Positions 7,401-14,431 of a DNA stretch of 14,431 nucleotides are shown one piece after another. Every line of letters starts with the position of its first letter. Within the stretch, counting starts at the first letter, position 1. The position numbers and the translations under genes are program-made. Below the pieces are notes generated by a model, which saw only the letters and a program-made list of their open reading frames with translations, did no database searches and was not told where the DNA came from. This DNA comes from an uncultured Deferribacteres bacterium (lineage in GTDB: Bacteria > Zhuqueibacterota > Zhuqueibacteria > Zhuqueibacterales > Geothermadaptataceae): positions 1 to 14,431 of the forward strand of contig CAXHAT010000201.1 of NCBI GenBank assembly GCA_964014485.1. The letters run 5' to 3'.

Positions 7401-8785
7401 GATCTGTTCCGAACCCAAAACCCTCGACCATCGGCTCGCTTTTGTATGTAGACGTCGTTCCATCTCTTCCCCTTGAAAATGAGTTCATTGCGATCACGAT
7501 TGTAATGGTATTTTTTGCCCGCCATTTGAACCAAAATGTCATCGTTTTGATCCATGCGGAAACCGCCAACATAGCTCGATGCGGCGGGCTCCGGTCTGAT
7601 GTCAGCCGCCGTCAAAGTGTTGAAACGCGCGGCAATTTTGTCGTACCGCAGCAGGCCAAAACCGTTGGATGGAAACCACAAGACGTTGCTGCGATCTTCG
7701 AAGGGGGCGCCCCATGTGATTTGCCAAAGCCTTTCCGTGCCCTGAAAAAGCTGCTCCGGTTTTTTGAGTGTGGAAGTTGTTTGATCAAAGACGAGCAAAC
7801 CACGCTCATTTTTAATCCAAACCCGCTCCCTTGCGTCTGTGGTAAGCCATATTCCCTGACGAGTATGGGGAGGTAAAAAGAAATCGGGAAACGGGAGCGA
7901 TTGTGTGTTAAACGCCTGTCCGGCGACTGTCTTGAAGCAAATCAGCGAATCCGTCGACGCTCCCCAAATCGCGCCGCTTGCGTCCTGCGTGAAATATCGA
8001 AATCTCACGTTGCTTTCAATGTGTCTAAAACGCCAAGGTTGAGAGTCGCCGGCAGGCAATTCAGCATACAAAATACCGGATTTACCCGACAACCAGAGAA
8101 AATCCCGTCCGTCAATTTTTACAAAAGTAAAGGTGGCCGCATCGGGCTGCTCCAACTTCAATCCTTCGGGCAGAGGTATCGTCGAAACTTCCATGAATGC
8201 ATTGGCCGCCTGTTCGGCAGCCGTGTTTCCTTGACCCGGTTTAAATGAAATGTAGAACACCTGCCCATTGGTTCCAAGCGCCGCAAAAACAATTGGATTC
8301 TTGATATTTTCCGTATTCTGATTGCCCGCACCAGCTTTAGGCCGCAAAGACCGGATCGAGAAAATTCGGCTGTCGGTTCGCAAGGGATAACGATGCACTT
8401 TTTCTCTCACCGGATCGATGCGGTTTATCACGCCTTCGGACGTTCCCCACACATAGCCAAATTGATCTTCGAAAAATAATGTAAAAAAATTGCCGCTGAT
8501 GGAGGTCGTATCAAACGGATTGTAGCGGTACTCGGTAAACGAATAACCGTCGTAGCGACAGACCCCGTCCTGCGTTCCGAACCACATAAAACCCTGACTG
8601 TCTTGCAGAATTGAGGTGATAAAGCCTTGCGGCAGGCCGTCGTCAACGGTGAGAGTCGTAAAGCCTTGAGGCAATTGAGACGTTTGAGCCTGGACAGGAG
8701 AAATTTGGATAGTGAAAAATAAGCAGGCGTACGAAAAAAGGAAGCAAATTTTGGCTAGGGTCGAGGGCATAATACTCGGTTTCAC
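4406..8785 (-). CDS. Hybrid two-component sensor histidine kinase/response regulator with AraC-type HTH (Reg_prop propeller, Y_Y_Y, TM, HisKA, HATPase_c, REC, HTH_AraC)
   Basis: Signal region; propeller repeats (ILQDSQGFMWFGTQDG, LWIGTNGGGLN); Y_Y_Y (YSYKLEN...LEPGEYIFRVKGSNNDGVWN); TM (PPWWRTWWAY); H-box NISHEIRTPL; N-box NLLSNALKFT; G1 DSGIGI; G2 GTGVGL; receiver PDLIISDVMMP and MLTAK; AraC VSEIAFQVGY...FSKAFRNEFGQAPS. Confidence 0.96.
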   Translation of the reverse strand: MKPSIMPSTLAKICFLFSYACLFFTIQISPVQAQTSQLPQGFTTLTVDDGLPQGFITSILQDSQGFMWFGTQDGVCRYDGYSFTEYRYNPFDTTSISGNFFTLFFEDQFGYVWGTSEGVINRIDPVREKVHRYPLRTDSRIFSIRSLRPKAGAGNQNTENIKNPIVFAALGTNGQVFYISFKPGQGNTAAEQAANAFMEVSTIPLPEGLKLEQPDAATFTFVKIDGRDFLWLSGKSGILYAELPAGDSQPWRFRHIESNVRFRYFTQDASGAIWGASTDSLICFKTVAGQAFNTQSLPFPDFFLPPHTRQGIWLTTDARERVWIKNERGLLVFDQTTSTLKKPEQLFQGTERLWQITWGAPFEDRSNVLWFPSNGFGLLRYDKIAARFNTLTAADIRPEPAASSYVGGFRMDQNDDILVQMAGKKYHYNRDRNELIFKGKRWNDVYIQKRADGRGFWVRNRSAPNEISATNGLFLMDSLFNRQKTIFPDQEHPEKFILWFQIIEDQDGVWFVTRPVSGDGKAANHFFLHFWHEETEQTKTYTIDTSPTELGTHSSVGNMIRDDLGAFWFRRTVSSGLIRVMLPDTTAQWYWQDVKNQDGLNRDRLKCLLVDPQAPDRFLWIGTNGGGLNRMDIRNETFSHFTTEQGLADDVIYGILADDHGNLWLSSNGGMSKVDLDSKTRDIIRVKNYNVDDGLQGNEFNSNAYIKNSRGEMFFGGVNGFTWFHPDSVRDNQHVPPMVITKVETHGSATNADSELPWGARLSRNGQLALPYNENVVTFEFAALDYSNPAKNLYSYKLENLHNDWSPPSTDRRVTFAGLEPGEYIFRVKGSNNDGVWNETGALLKIVILPPWWRTWWAYFFYGLSFLFGLSLLWRYETNRQKHKHAAHLRRIEAQKLQEVDHLKSTFFTNISHEIRTPLTLILGQTESLLPGEKDKSRQSKLQMAFRNAKSLLRLINQLLDLSKLEAGGMTLNAKPGNIVPLIKSLTYSFESLALQKKIDLRFDSEHEGVIVNFEQDKIEKIMYNLLSNALKFTPEKGKISVLLTVNSTLKSTDHQFTVHSLQITVRDSGIGIPQDRLPHIFDRFYQVDSAKTREPAPLDSIGDKSRISNDYNYPTGHEGTGVGLALTKELVELHGGTISAESSEGFGATFVVQLPAVGVQDSIISDEYSVNSNQYSVISDQSAAFADELPTANGQQPKANSRKPTAEIILIVEDNADVRTYVRQTLEDDYRVVEAKDGEDGFQKAREYIPDLIISDVMMPRIHGYELARILRGDQVTSHIPIIMLTAKAAEDEKLEGLETGVDAYVIKPFSTKELRVRVRKLIEMRRLLREKNGVKAVLAPSSVEAVSMDQEFLQKVQGIVEENLASEDFNVDVLAAKCGMGKRQLQRKLKALTGASPMQCIRRMRLQRAKQLLEQKTGTVSEIAFQVGYGDVTAFSKAFRNEFGQAPSTVASNKKSE
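5165..5308. repeat. Two in-frame heptamer arrays in the HATPase-receiver linker (8x GGCTGTT-like, ~10x ACTGATC-like)
   Basis: 5165-5220: ggcggtt ggcttac ggctgtt agctttt ggctgtt ggccgtt ggctgtc ggcagtt. 5239-5308: actgatc actgatc actgaat actgatt actattt accgaat actcatc actgatg attgaat cctgaac. Confidence 0.8.
5433..5500. mobile_element. 66-bp in-frame miniature palindromic insertion with perfect 14-bp inverted repeats in the HATPase ATP lid
   Basis: tgccccgttggata (5433-5446) and tatccaacggggca (5485-5498). Removing 5435-5500 deletes PAPLDSIGDKSRISNDYNYPTG and restores a canonical TREHEGTGVGL. Confidence 0.75.
5597..5667. repeat. Heptamer/palindromic tract in-frame in a HATPase loop
   Basis: ctgtaag ctgtgaa ctgtaaa ctgatga, followed by a perfect 13-bp inverted repeat tcagtgtactgtt (5635-5647) / aacagtacactga (5655-5667). 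Encodes part of SVLLTVNSTLKSTDHQFTVHSLQ. Confidence 0.6.
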
Positions 8786-8824
8786 CTGACGTCGTGCACT
8801 TTGCGCAGAAAATTCTAAGTAAAA

Positions 8825-8853
8825 AATATAAAGAGTGACGGGGAAGATTTCAA
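8825..8853 (-). promoter_or_regulatory. Putative sigma70 promoter of the hybrid sensor kinase gene
   Basis: Minus strand TTGAAA (8853-8848), 17-bp spacer, TATATT (8830-8825), about 40 bp upstream of the GTG at 8785. Confidence 0.55.
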
Positions 8854-8992
8854 GCGCTTATAAATGAGGAGAACGAATAGGATTTCAGTTAGTGACATTG
8901 GGCTGAAGCCCGGCGCCAAAGAGACGAGATTTGCCCCAAGACTCAGGATGTGCGTTGGCGCACGTAACATCAGTTACAGAAAAAAATGCCAT

Positions 8993-9280
8993 CTATTGCT
9001 TTCCTCCCAAACTGTTCATTTCTGCTAAAGCCGCTTCTTCAAATTCGATCCGCTCCAACAGAATTTTTTGCAGCCAATCGTCGACGTTTTTTTCTCCATG
9101 CAGCCGGGCAAGCGTCTCAGCCCGAGGAAGGAGCTCCAATGGTAATGGCAAAGCGCCAATAACGTCGCTCCGTCTTACAGTTATCGGAGCTTCTCACGCC
9201 TCGTCATCATTTCCTTCGGCGATGACTGCTTCATCAATTTCTTTTTCCTGCTCGCGAATTTGCGCTTTATTTTGACTCAT
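8993..9280 (-). pseudogene. Antitoxin-like partner of the BrnT-like toxin, with an in-frame TGA
   Basis: Manual translation: MSQNKAQIREQEKEIDEAVIAEGNDDEA*EAPITVRRSDVIGALPLPLELLPRAETLARLHGEKNVDDWLQKILLERIEFEEAALAEMNSLGGKQ*. TGA at 9196-9194 is likely TGG>TGA. The start overlaps the upstream stop (ATGA). Confidence 0.7.
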
Positions 9281-9563
9281 AGCGGCCATCCTGTGATAAT
9301 TCGCACTGTTTGCTTCGATTTTAGCTGAAAGATAATTTTCAATCTTCGCCCGCCTATAGTTCTGCCTGTTAATTGCTATCGGTCACGATAACGTTTGTTC
9401 CGGCGCATTTGGAAATCAGAGAAAAACATTCTATTGCTTCATTGAACGCCACTCCGTGTTCCTCAAGTTTGTCACTCTCGGAGTCATACTCAAAATCTTT
9501 TGGCGTAAATCGATACCAGTCGACGATACCTTTTACTTTTTTTGTTCTTTTTAGTTTAGCAAC
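9277..9563 (-). pseudogene. BrnT (DUF497)-like toxin pseudogene
   Basis: Manual translation: AKLKRTKKVKGIVDWYRFTPKDFEYDSESDKLEEHGVAFNEAIECF, then a frameshift in the T-run at 9422-9426, then FSDFQMRRNKRYRDR*QLTGRTIGGRRLKIIFQLKSKQTVRIITGWPL*. HGV.F.EA, GRT..GR.L.IIF and VRIIT are BrnT-like. In-frame TAG at 9378-9376; no clear start codon. Confidence 0.75.
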
Positions 9564-9654
9564 TAATGCTCAAATTCAGAATGAAGAAAAACATATCCTG
9601 CTTCTAAAAAACAACTGAATTGAGAATATATTATTTTTCACAGGAGGAGAAATT

Positions 9655-10791
9655 ATGACAGACGCAGCCGAACCGCAAACCGCAAGCCGGCCGATTGAGC
9701 AGGAAGCGGATTTTATTAAGCTGAATGCCGTTGATCATGTCGAATTTTGGGTGGGCAACGCCAAGCAGGCGACCTATTTCTGGCGGCATGTCGGTTTTCA
9801 GCCCGTAGCTTACAGCGGCCTGGAAACCGGCAATCGTCGCTGCGCGCAATGGGCGCTGGAGCAGAACAAAATTCGTTTCGTGCTAACCTCCGCCTACGAC
9901 CCGCACGACGAAATCGCGACGCACAGCATGTTGCACGGCGACGGCGTCAAAGCCATCGCACTTTCCGTTGACGATGTTGAATCCGTTTACCGCGAGGCGA
10001 CCAAGCGCGGCGGCGTTGGCGTGAAACCGCCGACCGAGCATGTCGATGCTGATGGAACCGTTCGCACGGCGGAGATTAAATGCTACGGTCAAACGGTCAT
10101 ACGTTTTATCGAACGCGACGCTTATGACGGCGCATTTATGCCGGGTTTTGAGCCAATCGAAGCGCCGTTCCAGGCACAGTCGGTCGGCTTAAAAGCAATT
10201 GATCATATTGTCGGGAACGTCGAGCTTGGCAAAATGAATTATTGGGTAAAATGGTTCCACGAAGTGCTCGGTTTCCGGCAAATCGTGCATTACGACGACG
10301 ACGACATTCACACCGAATACTCCGCGCTGATGAGCAAGGTGATGGCCAACGGCAACAGCCGGATCAAATTCCCAATCAACGAGCCGGCGGAAGGTCGGCG
10401 CAAAAGTCAAATCGAAGAATATCTCGAGTATTACACTGGGCCGGGCGTGCAGCACCTTGCGTTGATTACGGGCGACATCATCGGCACCGTGCGCGCGCTG
10501 CGAGATAACGGCCTTGAGTTTTTACGCGTACCTGACGCCTATTACGAAGCTTTGCCCGACCGAATCGGAACGATTAAAGAAAGCTACGACGAGATTCAAA
10601 GATTGGGCATTCTCGCTGACCGCGATGATGAAGGCTATCTCTTGCAAATTTTTACCCGTCCGATTCAAGACCGTCCGACAGTTTTTTTGGAAGTCATTCA
10701 GCGACGCGGTTCTCGCGGCTTTGGTATTGGTAATTTCAAGGCGCTTTTTGAGAGCATCGAGATTGAGCAGGCACGCAGAGGCAATTTGTAA
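9655..10791 (+). CDS. hppD: 4-hydroxyphenylpyruvate dioxygenase
   Basis: RBS AGGAGGAG. Motifs DHVEFWVGNAKQA, HGDGVK, IDHIVGNV, KFPINEPA, GPGVQHLAL, FLEVIQR and GFGIGNFKALFESIE; the Fe-binding His/His/Glu triad motifs are present. Confidence 0.97.
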   Translation: MTDAAEPQTASRPIEQEADFIKLNAVDHVEFWVGNAKQATYFWRHVGFQPVAYSGLETGNRRCAQWALEQNKIRFVLTSAYDPHDEIATHSMLHGDGVKAIALSVDDVESVYREATKRGGVGVKPPTEHVDADGTVRTAEIKCYGQTVIRFIERDAYDGAFMPGFEPIEAPFQAQSVGLKAIDHIVGNVELGKMNYWVKWFHEVLGFRQIVHYDDDDIHTEYSALMSKVMANGNSRIKFPINEPAEGRRKSQIEEYLEYYTGPGVQHLALITGDIIGTVRALRDNGLEFLRVPDAYYEALPDRIGTIKESYDEIQRLGILADRDDEGYLLQIFTRPIQDRPTVFLEVIQRRGSRGFGIGNFKALFESIEIEQARRGNL

Positions 10792-10792
10792 A

Positions 10793-13684
10793 ATGAAACC
10801 GTTCTGGCGACTCCAAAAATTCGTAGTTCCGGCTTTGTCCTTTTGGGCGCTGTCGCTTACAAACATCGTCCATGCGCAAAACTACATGCGCAATTTTATT
10901 GATACGGAGTTAAGCGGCGCCAATGATGTTGAAGCCTTTGACCTAGATCAAGACGGCGATCTTGATATCGTTGCTTGCGGCCTGACCACCGGCGTGGTGG
11001 CATGGTATGAAAATGAGGGGGATGATAATTTTGTCAAGCGCGTTATCGGCACGCCCGGTTTGGCAAGTCATCTCTTTGTCAGCGATCTTAACGATGACGG
11101 ATTTTTTGATATAGTCGTCACACGCTTCGAAGTGCAACGCCTAAACCCTACGTCACTAATTTGGTTTGAAAATAACGGATCACAAGTTTTTACGGAAAGA
11201 GAGATCAATAGCGAGCATAACTTTTGGCGACTTTTTGTTGTTGATCTGAATGGAAACGGCATCAAAGATATTGTCACAACCACAGCGGACGGCGCACTGC
11301 GTACTCCAATTCTATGGTTTGAGAACAATGGCATTGAAATCTTTACTAAACATGTTATTGAGGCCGATTTAGACAATCCATACGGCGTCATTGCCGCAGA
11401 CCTTGATGGCGATGTGAATAACGACCTTGTTTTTACGATTTCTGACGACAGTGAAGTCATTTGGTACGAACACCTGGGTTTAGCGAGTTTCTCCAAGACC
11501 GTAATTGACCAAGACGCGCCTACCGTTTCCAATGTCACGGCGGCTGATATTGACGACGATGGAGATACGGATTTGCTCACGGCAAGCTTTGCCGGCACAC
11601 TTACTCTCTATAACAATAACGGCTTTGGCTCTTTTACCAAGAGTACACTGTATCAGCGAGCAGGCTCAGATTTTTGGGAAATCCTTGTTTCAGACATGGA
11701 CGGCGACTCCGACAAGGACATAGTAACGACGAGTATTCAAACGACTCCCTTTTTTAGCCCTAGTCTTTTCTTTTTGGTTAATGAAGGAGCAAGCACGTTT
11801 CGTCCTGAAGTAATTGAGAGTCAATTTGTGCTGCGCGGCGCGGCTATCGGCGCTGCTGGCGAAGAAGGCTTTCGTGATATTTTCGCCGTTAGCAATCTTG
11901 GCAGTTCCGTCTTACAATTCAAACATGTCACTCCGCCGGATTTTCAATTAAAAGTCATTCCTGAATCGCAATCTGTTATTTCAGGCAGCGTGGCGGCATT
12001 CAGCGTTTTGTTGGACTCTCTCGAAGGCGGCTTTGACCAAGTTGTTGCGCTCTCAATTTCTCCTGACGTTGCTGAAATCACGTCGTCGTTCGAGCCGTTT
12101 TCTATCAGTCCCGGAGACACGTCGACGCTCATTTTTCAAACTACGCCGCAAACGCCGATAGGCGACTATCAATTTGTCGTCACGGGTACATCCGGAACGC
12201 TTGTGCGATCTGATACGCTCGTTTTGCGCTTCTTGGCGCCGGAGGAAAATACAATTTCTTTGGCTGCGGACACGATTCAAACCGCAGGCGATGCGTTCTG
12301 GATTGACGTGAACATCGGCTCGGAAATCATGCCAATTGGCGCACTCTTTGGCGCAAGTTTCGTACTCAACTATGAAAGCGCTCATTCCGAAATTCTGCCG
12401 CCGTTTTCGGAAAATATTCTTCCAGGAGATTTTCTCGGCGAAAGGGACGAGATCATTTTCTTTGCTTCTCCTCCTGCGGGAGACAGCGGCAGCATCGCGG
12501 TAACGCGCAGAGACGGCGCAGCCAATGTTTCGGGTTTTGGTAATTTGGCGCGCGTCCGGTTTCGCACTTTTCCCGATACGCCTGACAGCATGCGTTTGCA
12601 TTTCACGCTCTCAACAATCACAGCGAATGATTCAGCAAAAAACCGTGTGATTTTGCACCCGCAGGATTTGTGGGTCACTGTTTTGAAGCGGCGGGACGTT
12701 GTCTGGCCGGGAGATACGGATAACAACGGGATCGTCAATCAGGCCGACGTGCTGCCCGTTGGGTTTTATTGGCATAGCGCCGGACCGAGACGCAAATTGG
12801 CTACCCTCGACTGGCAGGCGCAAACGGCAATTCTCTGGCCGGAAACGACGGCGACTTTTGCAGACGCAGACGGCGGCGGGAAAGTCAACGAAGCCGACGT
12901 GATTCCGATTGGACTCAACTGGGGCAGGACGCATGACTTGAATAAAGCGACGGCGAATGCGGCGCAAAACTACAGCGGAAAAACGGGCGTCATAAAAGCG
13001 CAAATTGCGGCGGGCAATTCGCTGGACGTTTTCTTCGTCGATTTTTCCGTTGCCGGAATCGATAATTTGTATGGCGCGGCTTTTGAGTTTGGGTACCCGG
13101 CCAATGAATTTGAAGTCATTTCGGTCAAACCGAGTGAAGTCTGGTCTTCCTCTCCCCTATTCTACTCAAAAAACAACCGAACTGACGGCGCTTTAGGCAT
13201 TGCAATTTCCTTCACCGATAAGCAAGGGGCGGAGTTTTCCGGCGAGCAGATCGTTCGAGTTCACATAAAACCTAAAAACGTTCTTGAGCATCCTGACGTA
13301 AGCCGGTTCGCAATTCGTGACGCTGTTGCGATGAACAAAAGTGGAGAAATGGTCGGTCTTGAGCCGGAAACCGCAACCGCTTTTGATGAAACGTCTGTTA
13401 TTCCGACCGAATTTCGTCTCGAACAGAACTACCCGAATCCGTTCAATCCAGAAACGATCATTCGCTACCAACTCCCGAAGAACAGCCGAGTTTCCATTTC
13501 AATTTTCGATATGCGCGGCGCGAAAATCAAAACTTTGTTTCAAAAAGAACAAGAACCCGGCGTATTCGAAATCGTCTGGAACGGAACGAATAAAGCCGGT
13601 GAACGCGTCAGTAGCGGCGTTTATTTTTACCGTATTATCGCGGGGGATTTTCAGGCTGTGAAGAAATGCATTTTAATGAAGTAA
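10793..13684 (+). CDS. Secreted multidomain protein (963 aa): FG-GAP/VCBS propeller, Ig-like domain, cohesin-like, dockerin-like, second cohesin-like, FlgD-Ig/T9SS-type C-terminal domain
   Basis: ATG 1 bp after the hppD stop; signal peptide ending VHAQ; repeated DxDxDGxxD(I/L)...W(F/Y)EN motifs; cohesin-like LFGASFVLNY...VSGFGNLARVRF; duplicated WPGDTDNNGIVNQADV and ADADGGGKVNEADV; C-terminal PTEFRLEQNYPNPFNPET...WNGTN...SSGVYFY. Confidence 0.88.
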   Translation: MKPFWRLQKFVVPALSFWALSLTNIVHAQNYMRNFIDTELSGANDVEAFDLDQDGDLDIVACGLTTGVVAWYENEGDDNFVKRVIGTPGLASHLFVSDLNDDGFFDIVVTRFEVQRLNPTSLIWFENNGSQVFTEREINSEHNFWRLFVVDLNGNGIKDIVTTTADGALRTPILWFENNGIEIFTKHVIEADLDNPYGVIAADLDGDVNNDLVFTISDDSEVIWYEHLGLASFSKTVIDQDAPTVSNVTAADIDDDGDTDLLTASFAGTLTLYNNNGFGSFTKSTLYQRAGSDFWEILVSDMDGDSDKDIVTTSIQTTPFFSPSLFFLVNEGASTFRPEVIESQFVLRGAAIGAAGEEGFRDIFAVSNLGSSVLQFKHVTPPDFQLKVIPESQSVISGSVAAFSVLLDSLEGGFDQVVALSISPDVAEITSSFEPFSISPGDTSTLIFQTTPQTPIGDYQFVVTGTSGTLVRSDTLVLRFLAPEENTISLAADTIQTAGDAFWIDVNIGSEIMPIGALFGASFVLNYESAHSEILPPFSENILPGDFLGERDEIIFFASPPAGDSGSIAVTRRDGAANVSGFGNLARVRFRTFPDTPDSMRLHFTLSTITANDSAKNRVILHPQDLWVTVLKRRDVVWPGDTDNNGIVNQADVLPVGFYWHSAGPRRKLATLDWQAQTAILWPETTATFADADGGGKVNEADVIPIGLNWGRTHDLNKATANAAQNYSGKTGVIKAQIAAGNSLDVFFVDFSVAGIDNLYGAAFEFGYPANEFEVISVKPSEVWSSSPLFYSKNNRTDGALGIAISFTDKQGAEFSGEQIVRVHIKPKNVLEHPDVSRFAIRDAVAMNKSGEMVGLEPETATAFDETSVIPTEFRLEQNYPNPFNPETIIRYQLPKNSRVSISIFDMRGAKIKTLFQKEQEPGVFEIVWNGTNKAGERVSSGVYFYRIIAGDFQAVKKCILMK

Positions 13685-13732
13685 GGCAATGAAACGGCCA
13701 ACACTACAATTTACACAACCCTGGTTTTACCG

Positions 13733-14386
13733 ATGATATTGACCTTCACCGCGCGTTTCAAAAAAGCACATCTGTTCTCGGCGGCGTTCATCATTCTGTT
13801 TTCCGTTAATCAGGTATATTCTCAAAATGCGCCGATACGCCCCGAAATCGCCGACTCAACCCAAATTATAGGCCAATCTTTTACAATCGACGTCCGCGTG
13901 GGATCGGAGGAAAACGGCGTTGAAAACCTTTTTGGGGTCAGCTTTATTCTGCGCTTCAATCCGGAACAACATTTGTCGATTGCGAGTGCGGCGCAGGGTA
14001 ATTTTTTGGGTGATGACGTGGTCTTTTTCAGTTTTGAAGATTCGCCGGCAAGCATCGCAATCGCGAATACGCGCAAGGCCGGACAGGGCGGCGTTTCCGG
14101 CAACGGCGTGGTCGCGAGCGTCACTTTTGCTTCTTCTACAGACACGCCCGATTGCACGCCCGCGACGTTTGAAATCGATTCAATAAAAGCCATCGACGTT
14201 AACGGAAATCCGGTCGCCTTTGCACCGCAGATTTTGGTCATTGGTTTACAGCCGGAACCGGATTTCAGCATTTCAGCAGCACCAGAGACTTTGCGAGTTG
14301 TGGCCGGAGCTTCAGGAAATTTTATGGTGGATTTAACGGCCAACTGCGCCTTTACTGATGCTGCGCCCCTTTCCGCCAATTTTCCG
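13733..14386 (+). CDS. Secreted cohesin-domain protein, 3' truncated by adapter
   Basis: Signal peptide ending VYSQ; cohesin-like FTIDVRVGS...LFGVSFILRFN...GVSGNGVVASVTF; then Ig-like PDFSISAAPETLRVVAG. The apparent C-terminal LSLIHI* is adapter-derived. Confidence 0.8.
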
Positions 14387-14431
14387 CTGTCTCTTATACA
14401 CATCTGACGCTGCCGACGAGCTTCTTGGTGT
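14387..14431 (+). other. Illumina Nextera adapter read-through (Tn5 mosaic end, i5 adapter, 8-nt index, start of P5)
   Basis: CTGTCTCTTATACACATCT (14387-14405) + GACGCTGCCGACGA (14406-14419) + GCTTCTTG + GTGT. Confidence 0.98.

Noticed and set aside
8900..8975. Short hairpins GGGCTGAAGCCC and GTGCGTTGGCGCAC as REP elements or a terminator
   Set aside because: Single short stems with no second copy in the window and no properly placed U-tract; insufficient support.
8993..9563. Stop-codon reassignment (TGA=Trp) or programmed read-through
   Set aside because: TGA ends the methyltransferase and the BrnT-like frame at sensible places, Trp is TGG elsewhere, and long genes have no internal stops. 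The accompanying frameshift indicates decay.
8931..9618. Plus-strand ORFs 8931-9275 and 9373-9618
   Set aside because: Ser/Phe-rich antisense shadows of the minus-strand TA pseudogenes.
9655..10791. Hydroxymandelate synthase (HmaS) instead of HPPD
   Set aside because: The C-terminal GFGxGNFKALF motif is HPPD-type, and there is no hmo/NRPS context.
10514..10792. N-terminal extension of the 1056-aa ORF
   Set aside because: It overlaps hppD out of frame. The ATG at 10793 gives a proper signal peptide.
14387..14405. Genuine Tn5/IS50 transposon end
   Set aside because: It is the synthetic mosaic end followed directly by the Illumina adapter and index.

Overview
A bacterial genomic fragment, probably a metagenomic contig. 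The T9SS/FlgD-type C-terminal domain, non-cellulosomal cohesin/dockerin modules and hybrid AraC two-component regulator suggest an FCB-affiliated lineage such as KSB1 or Calditrichota (inference). Left to right: (1) a minus-strand cluster encoding a SAM methyltransferase, a tandem FabZ-like double hot-dog protein with non-canonical active-site residues, and a secreted fibre protein with a peptidase S74 domain, preceded by four direct repeats at 20-21 bp spacing; (2) an intact DUF4160/DUF2442 toxin-antitoxin-like pair; (3) a 1459-aa hybrid sensor kinase/response regulator with an AraC HTH; (4) a decayed BrnT-like toxin/partner pair missed by the ORF track; (5) hppD; (6) two secreted cohesin-containing proteins. 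Several short palindromic or 7-/9-mer periodic elements fill the intergenic gaps and sit in-frame inside the kinase gene. Both ends look artefactual: a 55-bp duplicated left end and a Nextera adapter at the right end. The best candidate for a new system is the regulator plus its repeat-bearing promoter plus the methyltransferase and atypical FabZ-like genes.
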